Virus record (IMG/VR): IMGVR_UViG_2937884906_000001
Span: 15,842 to 79,841 of that record
Origin: a virus
Lineage: Duplodnaviria; Caudoviricetes
Length of the DNA: 64,000 nucleotides
Strand: one strand, 5' to 3'
Shown here: positions 40,175 through 47,229 of the stretch, one piece after another
How positions within the stretch are numbered: the first letter of the stretch is position 1
Layout: every line of letters begins with the position of its first letter
Notes under the pieces: model-generated
What the model saw: only the letters and a program-made list of their open reading frames with translations
Databases searched by the model: none
What the model was told of the DNA's origin: nothing
Made by a program: the position numbers and the translations under genes

Positions 40175-40612
40175 GTGAGAATGCGTGTCCTTCCGGACCT
40201 GTCGCAAAAACCCCGTCGCGGCCAGCGTCTGGCGCATACCGTGCTGGTGCGCGAGGACGGCTTTTCGCAGTCTCATTCCCTTGCCGACATGGTGCATCGC
40301 GTCTGGAATGGCTTCAGCCTTCCCAAGGTCGCCTGCACCGCACCCGAGCGTGAGGCGCTTGAGCGTGTCTCCGCTCGGCCGTCGCGCCAGCACCAGGCCC
40401 CCGTCCGACGCAATGCCCGCCGGCTGTACTCGCCGCAGGATCAGCGTGGGGTCGAGACCGTCTTCGTGATCATGGATCGCCAAGAGGGCCAGGTGCTGGC
40501 GCGGGTGAAGGGCGGTGCCCTTCACGCTGAAGTTGAAGCCGAGAAGCTCGCCCGATCGCAGGGGTTCGAGCTCTCCGATCTCAAAGTCATTTTCGAGGGA
40601 GAACTCTCATGA
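40175..40612 (+). CDS. Hypothetical protein
   Basis: AAGGAG SD; ATGA overlap downstream. Confidence 0.6.
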   Translation: MRMRVLPDLSQKPRRGQRLAHTVLVREDGFSQSHSLADMVHRVWNGFSLPKVACTAPEREALERVSARPSRQHQAPVRRNARRLYSPQDQRGVETVFVIMDRQEGQVLARVKGGALHAEVEAEKLARSQGFELSDLKVIFEGELS

Positions 40613-40818
40613 TCCGCATCACACTCGCCGCCAGCGGGCTGGCCGCGCTCGTCGGCTGGATGTCACCACAGCTACAGGACGGCCAGCAGCACCTCTACAC
40701 GCTGGAGGTGGACGGCAAGCAGATCTCGGCCGGCCCGAGCTGCGTGGCCGCGTGGCGCGCGGCGGACGGCGCCATCCCAGCCGGGTGGCGCGAGATCATC
40801 TGCTACCAGATCAGGTGA
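40609..40818 (+). CDS. Small exported hypothetical protein
   Basis: Hydrophobic N-terminus, two Cys. Confidence 0.55.
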   Translation: MIRITLAASGLAALVGWMSPQLQDGQQHLYTLEVDGKQISAGPSCVAAWRAADGAIPAGWREIICYQIR

Positions 40819-40828
40819 CATTTCTAGG

Positions 40829-41073
40829 CCGCTCCACGGTCGTGTGGGGGAGCGGGACGCGCCGGAAGCTCGGGAGAGCGCTTGGCTGCACTTCGGGTGC
40901 GGGAGACGGGTCAACGCGGACGGAGGGACGACGACCACATCCCGAGAGAGAGCGCCTGCGCCACATCCTAACCGAGCGGTTGGGGCTGTGTCTGCAACTT
41001 ATTGTTGTGGAATTCAGCCTCGGTTCGGGCTCTGGACGTGGCGCAGGCGGTGGCGGGGGCCAAATCAGCGCTC
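40829..41073. ncRNA. Candidate large structured non-coding RNA
   Basis: Nested inverted repeats including a perfect 12-bp stem 40953-40964/41038-41049; no credible ORF. Confidence 0.4.
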
Positions 41074-41147
41074 CACCAAGTTTTTCTGTCACGCGTCCAC
41101 ATGAGTTTTCCAGTTGTCTTTTGCAACCAGTTTCGCGGAGAAATCAG

Positions 41148-41300
41148 ATGATGCAACACCCTTACTGGACCCCGGCTAAGGTCGAACAGCGGCTCGAAGC
41201 GATCGAGAAGAACCGGCTGGAGGCCATTCGCTATCTCGATGAGGCCAGGCTTCGCCGACCGGCCGGTAGGGTGCTCGAGGCACTCGAAATCAAACATTAG
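41148..41300 (+). CDS. 50-aa hypothetical protein
   Basis: GGAG SD; helical sequence MMQHPYWTPAKVEQRLEA... Confidence 0.55.
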   Translation: MMQHPYWTPAKVEQRLEAIEKNRLEAIRYLDEARLRRPAGRVLEALEIKH

Positions 41301-41528
41301 TTTAAGAAACCGGAATAAGCTATTCTAATTGCGTGGCTTTTTCCCTATTATAAGATCTTTTATTTCTCTCCCAATTCCCCAACGCGGGGAAAATAATAAG
41401 GAGTACAGAACGATACCTAAAATCACAAAGGGGCTAAGAAAATTTGACTATAGTACATATAAAATAATGGTCTTAGGAATTGGCCCCTCACACTGTTCTC
41501 CTTATTCCGCGATACTATGTGAGCACCC

Positions 41529-41963
41529 ATGGCCAGACCGAAAACCCCTCTGAAAGACCGAGTACTCCGGCAATCCCACATTGAGGGCAACCACCTGATC
41601 TGGAACGGTCCAATGCGTGGTCGTCGCCCTGTCATGCGCCACTACGGAAACCCGGCCCGTGTGCTGCTCAATTTGGTGGATTTCCCACGGATTTCAATCC
41701 GTCCCACCTGCCTTGAGCCGCGATGCATCGAGCCCACCCACTGGCGCGTGGTGAAAGAGCGCGACTTCAAATACCTCGACCTCCCACCGGTGACATGGCG
41801 CGATCCCCGCGACACCTCGACGGCCGATTTCACCGACCAAGAGGTCGAGGAAATCCAGATGATCGTCGAGGACGGAAACGTCGACGAGGAAGAGCTTGCG
41901 AAGTGGTATCGGCCCGAAGTCGTGGCCGAGATCCTGCGCCGCGCCAGCGCCACCTCCACCTAA
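41529..41963 (+). CDS. Degenerate HNH-like protein
   Basis: HLIWNG...PTCLEPRCIEPTH resembles the phage HNH C..CVNP.H motif with catalytic positions altered. Confidence 0.5.
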   Translation: MARPKTPLKDRVLRQSHIEGNHLIWNGPMRGRRPVMRHYGNPARVLLNLVDFPRISIRPTCLEPRCIEPTHWRVVKERDFKYLDLPPVTWRDPRDTSTADFTDQEVEEIQMIVEDGNVDEEELAKWYRPEVVAEILRRASATST

Positions 41964-41991
41964 GAACCACCAAAAGCAACAGCAACAGCAA

Positions 41992-42016
41992 CGCGCCCTG
42001 AGCGCCACGGAGAAGC
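41992..42016 (+). repeat. 25-bp direct repeat, copy 1
   Basis: CGCGCCCTGAGCGCCACGGAGAAGC; 1 mismatch to 58780-58804. Confidence 0.9.
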
Positions 42017-42127
42017 ACGTCATGGCGCAAGCGGCCAACCCTTTCCGTCGCAAGAGACGACGGAACCAGTCAACCCGCTTCCTTTCGAAGCGCGAAACCG
42101 CAACTCACCCGTCCTTGGTGAAGTGAC

Positions 42128-42316
42128 ATGTCCCAGCCCCTCTATCGCATCGTCGCGACCAGACGATGCAAGACGCACAGACCAGGCACCACACTCGACT
42201 TCACCGGCCCTCGCAGCTCCCTGACCAAAGGCTGGCGTGTCGTCGGCCGATACCAGGGCAAGAACTACGTCACCAACCTGTCGGGCATGCAGTTCGACAT
42301 CGTGGAGTACCGATGA
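42128..42316 (+). CDS. Hypothetical protein
   Basis: Coupled small ORF. Confidence 0.55.
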   Translation: MSQPLYRIVATRRCKTHRPGTTLDFTGPRSSLTKGWRVVGRYQGKNYVTNLSGMQFDIVEYR

Positions 42317-42729
42317 TGCTGACCCATTCCCAAGCCCGCTCGATCGCGGAAGCCCTCTGGGGCACAGGCGGCACCCATTCCGCCCGCACCAACAGGCCCG
42401 GTGCCTTCTACTTCTCCTGTTCGGGCCACGGCGGCTTCGTGATCGACGCCCGCTGCCTTGCCCATGACGAGTATGCTCGCTTCATCAAGCACATCACCCC
42501 CGAGCAGGCCCAGGACTACGGCAAGGCGATCCAACACCCCTACCGCCGCCGCTCGTTCAAGGTCACCCAGACCCAACTCGCCAACATGCAGGAGTTCGAG
42601 TTCTTCGTGCTCGAGGAAGACTGCGATTGGTGCATCGCGCCACTCATGGCCGGCATCCGCGTTGAGGGCATGACCGACGAGGCCGCCCAATCCACGTTCG
42701 ACCACTGGCTGAAGGACAAAGCCGCATGA
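42313..42729 (+). CDS. Hypothetical phage protein
   Basis: SCSGHGGF and EEDCDW conserved-looking motifs. Confidence 0.6.
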   Translation: MMLTHSQARSIAEALWGTGGTHSARTNRPGAFYFSCSGHGGFVIDARCLAHDEYARFIKHITPEQAQDYGKAIQHPYRRRSFKVTQTQLANMQEFEFFVLEEDCDWCIAPLMAGIRVEGMTDEAAQSTFDHWLKDKAA

Positions 42730-42938
42730 ACCGCCACCTTTTCCACCCCGATGGCCGCCACGTCCAAATAGGCGACGAGGTCACCTCATTCCGCGACGAG
42801 AAAGCCACCATCACCGGCTGGGACAAGACCGGCCGCAATCGGGTCTACGTGAAGTGGGCTGATGGTGGCATCGGGTCTGAGTACTTCGTCTCTGTCTTCG
42901 ACCTCACATGGGACAAGCCAAATGCAGCAACTGACTAG
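42726..42938 (+). CDS. Hypothetical SH3-like small protein
   Basis: IGDEVTSFR..NRVYVKW; ATGA overlap. Confidence 0.55.
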   Translation: MNRHLFHPDGRHVQIGDEVTSFRDEKATITGWDKTGRNRVYVKWADGGIGSEYFVSVFDLTWDKPNAATD

Positions 42939-43236
42939 CGCCCAGGGCGATAGCGACCAGCATTACCGGAACCTCAATCTTTACCAGCGCCTGGGAAAGC
43001 CCGCCGAGTCCATGCTCGGCTGCTACTGGCAGATCGACGAGAAGGCCTACCACTTCTTCGAGGCCCTACTGCCACCTCGCTACTGCGCCGGTGGCTTCCG
43101 CCTCAGCGAGCGCCTGACCGGCGACATCGCCGCGACCTATCTAAAGGTCGGCGCCCACTACTGGTGCGGGTTCACGGATCTGGGCGACACGCCGGCCACC
43201 GCTCTGGTGGCGCACATCGCGTTGGAGCTCGCATGA
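42922..43236 (+). CDS. DUF1419-like protein
   Basis: WQIDEKAYHFFEALLPP..GFRLSERLTGDIAATY. Confidence 0.55.
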   Translation: MQQLTSAQGDSDQHYRNLNLYQRLGKPAESMLGCYWQIDEKAYHFFEALLPPRYCAGGFRLSERLTGDIAATYLKVGAHYWCGFTDLGDTPATALVAHIALELA

Positions 43237-43596
43237 GGCTACGCCGCCGCAAAGGCAGGCGAACCGGGCCCGCCGTTCCCAACGCCGGACAGCTCATGGG
43301 CTGACCGTCTCTACAACCGCGGCTGGTGTGACGGTCGCGCTACCATAGCTGATCCGAGAGTTGTTCCCGAATGCGTGGTCGACGATCAGCCAACACAGGA
43401 GGCCATCATGAAGAAGTAACCGCACCACCTCCGCCGGACTAATATAGCGCCCCCATCAACCACCGCTCCTTCCGAGCACCTACGGCGCATCGGACTTCAA
43501 CCAAATCTCTCAATTGGCACTCAACTAGAGCTCATGGGATCAAAATCGATTTAGTTCGATCGGGTCATGAGACGAACGGCTTGCCATAATACCCCC

Positions 43597-43721
43597 TCGC
43601 TGAATGCGGGTCTGCAACGACCTAAACTTGTGACCCGTCCACCGCATGAGCGTGGACCGAGCCGCTCCTTCGAGAATGGAGCACCTCAAGGCCCTCGCCA
43701 CCAGCGAGGGCCTTTTTCTTT
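43597..43721 (+). ncRNA. Candidate ~125-nt sRNA or attenuator leader
   Basis: Extended -10 TGcCATAAT (43582-43590), three hairpins, terminator AAGGCCCTCGC-CACCA-GCGAGGGCCTTTTTCTTT. Confidence 0.5.
43688..43721 (+). terminator. Intrinsic terminator just upstream of the kinase genes
   Basis: 11-bp perfect stem plus T-run. Confidence 0.88.
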
Positions 43722-43738
43722 GCCCACGGAGAGCGACC

Positions 43739-44233
43739 ATGAGCAGGACCACCATCACCACGGCATCTGATCCCAACACCAAATACCACGACGTCTGTAG
43801 CCAGCTCGAATTCAGCGGTTGGGCCAAAATCAGCTGCGGAGAATATGCGTCGATCTGGGCTCACCCCGATTGCCCCGACTCCGTCTTGAAGGTCGGCCAC
43901 GACCTCAGCGACGGCTGGCTGGACTACGCCAAGTCCTGCACCAAGACCCGCTCGCCCCACGCGCCCCGTATCCACGCGATCGAGCTCTACGAGAACTTCT
44001 TCTACGCCGAGATCGAGCGCCTCGCGCCTCTCTCACCCGATCGCTACTACGAGGAAAGCCTCAGCCGGCATCCTTATCCCGAGGACGTTCCGACCCACTC
44101 GCTGGCATGCTTCCTGCGCCGTACGGAGCGCGTCCGCCGCAAGTTCACGGACCATCTCGCCGACTACCATGAGAACAACTTCATGGTCCGGCCCTCCACC
44201 AACGAAATCGTCTGCACGGACCCATGGTGCTAA
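43739..44233 (+). CDS. T7 gp0.7-like protein kinase 1
   Basis: GEYASIWAHP..VLKVG, DYHENN, TDP align to T7 kinase GHFSAAYSHP..VIKVG, DMHSGN, TDP. Confidence 0.75.
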   Translation: MSRTTITTASDPNTKYHDVCSQLEFSGWAKISCGEYASIWAHPDCPDSVLKVGHDLSDGWLDYAKSCTKTRSPHAPRIHAIELYENFFYAEIERLAPLSPDRYYEESLSRHPYPEDVPTHSLACFLRRTERVRRKFTDHLADYHENNFMVRPSTNEIVCTDPWC

Positions 44234-44234
44234 C

Positions 44235-44777
44235 ATGAGAGCCCAGATCAATCACGCCCGCCGCAACGCCTGCTTCAGCGAAGCCGCACTGCGCCAAAAG
44301 GGATACCGTCAGATCGGCCGCGGAGCCTTCTCCAAGGCGTTCGTCCATCCCGACGCCCCCGAAGTCGTCATCAAGGTCGGCAAGCTCTACAGCAAGCGCT
44401 GCGGTCTCACCGATGGCTTCCCGCACTTCGCCCAGCAACTGCTTGAGGGCGAGATCCATTCCAAGTTCTTCCCCAAGGTCTACGGGCTCGTGATCGACCC
44501 CGTCAAACAGCTCTTCTGGTGCATCATGAAGCGCTACCGGAAGGTGCGGGGCGCCAAGAAAACGGCCGAGCAGATCAGCACCACACACAAGGCCATCACC
44601 GGCTCCATCAGCGGCACCAAGCCGGTCGGCCGCTTCCGCAAGGCGATGGAACAGCTGATCGACCATCGGTTCATCTCGGACATTCACGCTGGCAACGTCC
44701 TCTGGAACGGCGCCACTCCCATCGTCATCGACCCAATCTGCATCCGGCCGCGTTACCAAACGGAGTTCTACGCATGA
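44235..44777 (+). CDS. T7 gp0.7-like protein kinase 2
   Basis: IGRGAFSKAFVHP..VVIKVG, DIHAGN, IDP. Confidence 0.82.
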   Translation: MRAQINHARRNACFSEAALRQKGYRQIGRGAFSKAFVHPDAPEVVIKVGKLYSKRCGLTDGFPHFAQQLLEGEIHSKFFPKVYGLVIDPVKQLFWCIMKRYRKVRGAKKTAEQISTTHKAITGSISGTKPVGRFRKAMEQLIDHRFISDIHAGNVLWNGATPIVIDPICIRPRYQTEFYA

Positions 44778-45130
44778 TCACCCAGACCCAATTCGACACC
44801 ATCTACCGCGGCCTGGCCGCCCAGGGCTGGGAGCGGTCATACGACGAGGAGCACACCATGTGCCTGTACCGCGACCGACCCAACGGCCGGAAGTGTGCGA
44901 TCGGCCACCTCATCGCCGACGAGGACTACACCGTCGACATGGATGCATTCGACACCAGCAGCGGCTGCTTCACACTGGTCAACTTTCACCAGCGCGATCT
45001 GCTGATGGACATGACGTCGGACGAGTTCCAGCTCCTTCAGCAGGCCCATGACAACAACGAGTACCCGGCCGAAATGAAGGCTGCTTTCGAGGACATCGCC
45101 CTCGACCTCGGCCTGGTGATCCCGTCATGA
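44774..45130 (+). CDS. Hypothetical phage protein
   Basis: CLYRD..GRKCAIGHLI motif; ATGA overlap. Confidence 0.6.
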   Translation: MITQTQFDTIYRGLAAQGWERSYDEEHTMCLYRDRPNGRKCAIGHLIADEDYTVDMDAFDTSSGCFTLVNFHQRDLLMDMTSDEFQLLQQAHDNNEYPAEMKAAFEDIALDLGLVIPS

Positions 45131-45289
45131 AGAACTGGCGGAACTCCGTCCACGACGTCGGCCCTCCCCTCCACCACGACGACCCGCGCCACCGGTTCAC
45201 CAAGATCGGCTTCGGTGGGGTCGCCATCGTCATCGGCCCAGGCCCGTTCGCGGTGCCTGCGCCGTCCGTCTATGTCAAGGAGACACCCA

Positions 45290-45565
45290 GTGAATGACCG
45301 AGTTCGCTTCACCCTCAGCGACGTCGACAAGAACCACGCCGCCAACGCCAGGGCAGCGCAGAAGGCCTTCGGCCTGACCTGCACCCAGGCCTACAACGCT
45401 GTCCGCACCGAGCAGACGATCATCTGCCGGCCAAGCCAGTTCGCCCGGTTCCTGATCTTTCGGTCGCAGGAAGTCGACGGCAACCGCTTCAAGCAGCTCA
45501 ACGCCGAGCTGCTTCCGCCCGAGCACCTCGACTACATGCTCGACGTCACAAGGAACGCAGCATGA
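45290..45565 (+). CDS. Hypothetical protein
   Basis: AAGGAG SD, GTG start. Confidence 0.55.
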   Translation: MNDRVRFTLSDVDKNHAANARAAQKAFGLTCTQAYNAVRTEQTIICRPSQFARFLIFRSQEVDGNRFKQLNAELLPPEHLDYMLDVTRNAA

Positions 45566-45777
45566 CCACCATCACCTCTAACTTCGCCATCCTCGACGTC
45601 AAGGCCGGCCGCCACCGGCTCGCCCGTCATTTCTCGAACCGCCCGCGTCTCGGCGAGTGCCCCGAGAAGCTGCGTATCCCTATCGTGATCCACGGATACA
45701 TCGACGACATCCATGGTCACGATGATGGGGTCAGTCAGGAGTTCCAGATCACGGTCTCGAAACTGGAGACGTCATGA
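45562..45777 (+). CDS. Hypothetical protein
   Basis: ATGA-coupled ORF. Confidence 0.55.
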   Translation: MTTITSNFAILDVKAGRHRLARHFSNRPRLGECPEKLRIPIVIHGYIDDIHGHDDGVSQEFQITVSKLETS

Positions 45778-46010
45778 ACCGCAAGATCGACTTCCCCCAG
45801 CTCCTGGAGCCAATCTATGCCCACGGCAGGAATGGCTTCTTTCAGGCCGCGGCGCTCAACGTGCTCGAGATCACCAACTCCTGTCTCGTCCTGGAGAACT
45901 GGACGAGCAAGGGCACGATTGGCCGCGGCCGAGTGGTTCTGCCGGTGGACCGCAACGTGGTTCGTGATCTCGCGAACCACCTCAACAGGATAGCCGACCG
46001 GCTCCCCTGA
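45774..46010 (+). CDS. Hypothetical protein
   Basis: ATGA-coupled ORF. Confidence 0.55.
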   Translation: MNRKIDFPQLLEPIYAHGRNGFFQAAALNVLEITNSCLVLENWTSKGTIGRGRVVLPVDRNVVRDLANHLNRIADRLP

Positions 46011-46051
46011 CCCACAAGTTTCAGGTGCATCGCTCTCCTCCTGCGGGTCCA

Positions 46052-46120
46052 CCAACCATCCACTTAACGGCAACGCATGTTGGCTCGATCTGGCACCTGG
46101 ATCGGGGCGTGGATGGTTGG
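46052..46120. other. Intergenic three-way-junction structured element
   Basis: Perfect 12-bp stem CCAACCATCCAC/GTGGATGGTTGG enclosing two hairpins. Confidence 0.7.
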
Positions 46121-46146
46121 CACCTACGCCATCATTGGAGACCATC

Positions 46147-46419
46147 GTGAACGTCAACGACCTCACCTTCAACACCGGCCGCCTCTACACCAAGGACGGC
46201 CAGGTCATCCGCGCCGTCTTCGATGCCAACGCCGGCGTCGTGCGCTTCAACGACTTCTCACGCATGGTGTCGGGAGAGTTCCCCTACCAGCGCCACAACA
46301 ACACGCCCCAGGATCTCGCCCTCGCGGTGATGCTTGCCTACGACCACGGCATCTACACCTACACCCGCGAGGCCCCGCGCCGTGACCCGGACGCCGAGAT
46401 CAGGAGCATCCGGCTATGA
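46147..46419 (+). CDS. Hypothetical protein
   Basis: GGAG SD, GTG start. Confidence 0.55.
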   Translation: MNVNDLTFNTGRLYTKDGQVIRAVFDANAGVVRFNDFSRMVSGEFPYQRHNNTPQDLALAVMLAYDHGIYTYTREAPRRDPDAEIRSIRL

Positions 46420-46586
46420 GGCTGACCGCCCTGCTCCTCACCCTGACGCTGCTCACCGGCTGTCAAACGGTCGACAACTGCTCCTTCTGGAAAGGCAAGC
46501 CCTACGACGGGAGCCAGGAACTCTGGCGGCAATTCGACTGCCCGCTGACCGGGCAGCGCAGCACGTTTCTCAAATATCAGGAGTAG
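46416..46586 (+). CDS. 56-aa lipoprotein (absent from the ORF track)
   Basis: MRLTALLLTLTLLTG-C lipobox; ATGA overlap with the upstream stop. Confidence 0.7.
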   Translation: MRLTALLLTLTLLTGCQTVDNCSFWKGKPYDGSQELWRQFDCPLTGQRSTFLKYQE

Positions 46587-46588
46587 TC

Positions 46589-46918
46589 GTGACCACCGAA
46601 TGGAACCCCGGTCAGCAGACCGATGCCCAAGCAGAGGGCTGGGACATCTTCGAAGCGAGCGGCTCCCAGCTCAATGAGAACGGCGACCGCCCCTTCCAGC
46701 TGCAGGCCTGTGACCAAGCCCAGATATTCACCGGCTTCCTCTGCGACCTGAAGGCCTGGACCCACGTTTACACCAAGGCGATGACCGGCTCGCTGCTCCA
46801 CCAACAGGCACTGAACTTCCTCAAGGAACACAGCGCGCCGGAGTTCGAGGCCATCATCAGCGAGAACAGCCCTGACGGGCGCGAACTGAACGAGGAGTTC
46901 CAATGGCCGATGCTCTGA
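46589..46918 (+). CDS. Hypothetical phage protein
   Basis: AEGWDIF..QLQACD motif; AGGAG SD. Confidence 0.6.
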   Translation: MTTEWNPGQQTDAQAEGWDIFEASGSQLNENGDRPFQLQACDQAQIFTGFLCDLKAWTHVYTKAMTGSLLHQQALNFLKEHSAPEFEAIISENSPDGRELNEEFQWPML

Positions 46919-47229
46919 AATGCCTCTGGCAGATCCTCGTGCCGTGCAACTACAACAACGGCAAGCCCGTCCGCACCCGCCACCACCGTGAGTGGGACAA
47001 GCGCATCAGGGCGATCACCGGCGGCCTCACGATCCTGTCCCCGGGCAAGGGCCAGTGGGTCGATCCCGCCACCGACACGCTCTACCAGGACCGCGTGATC
47101 CCGGTGCAGCTCATCGCGACCGCCGAAGAAATGGAGCGGATCGCCGACATCACCAACCAACACTACCGCCAGCTCGCCGTCATGTATTTCAAGATGAGCG
47201 AGACGGCGATCATCAGGGAGGCAGCATGA
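46903..47229 (+). CDS. Hypothetical protein
   Basis: GGLTILSPGKGQWV..RVIPV; P-II-like fold possible. Confidence 0.6.
   Translation: MADALKCLWQILVPCNYNNGKPVRTRHHREWDKRIRAITGGLTILSPGKGQWVDPATDTLYQDRVIPVQLIATAEEMERIADITNQHYRQLAVMYFKMSETAIIREAA

Noticed and set aside
40515-41300. 261-aa ORF spanning the structured region
   Set aside because: Low-complexity Gly/Arg/Ser translation overlapping two better ORFs; only the last 50 codons have an SD and look protein-like
43550-43570. tRNA gene (GTTCGATC)
   Set aside because: No T-stem pairing or cloverleaf; no tRNA recognised anywhere in the window
43600-43640. c-di-GMP-I (GEMM) riboswitch, suggested by ACGACCTAAAC
   Set aside because: The required upstream GNRA hairpin and GCAAA/GACGCAAA elements are absent
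43462-43686. Mini CRISPR array or repeat mimic (GAGCAC-ending repeats)
   Set aside because: Only two imperfect short copies 200 nt apart, no regular spacers, no cas genes, and no type I-E hairpin
40100-46120. Pistol, twister, hammerhead or HDV ribozymes in the structured elements
   Set aside because: Only isolated words match (CCAC-TTAA, CCTAAC); the conserved cores and pseudoknot partners were not found
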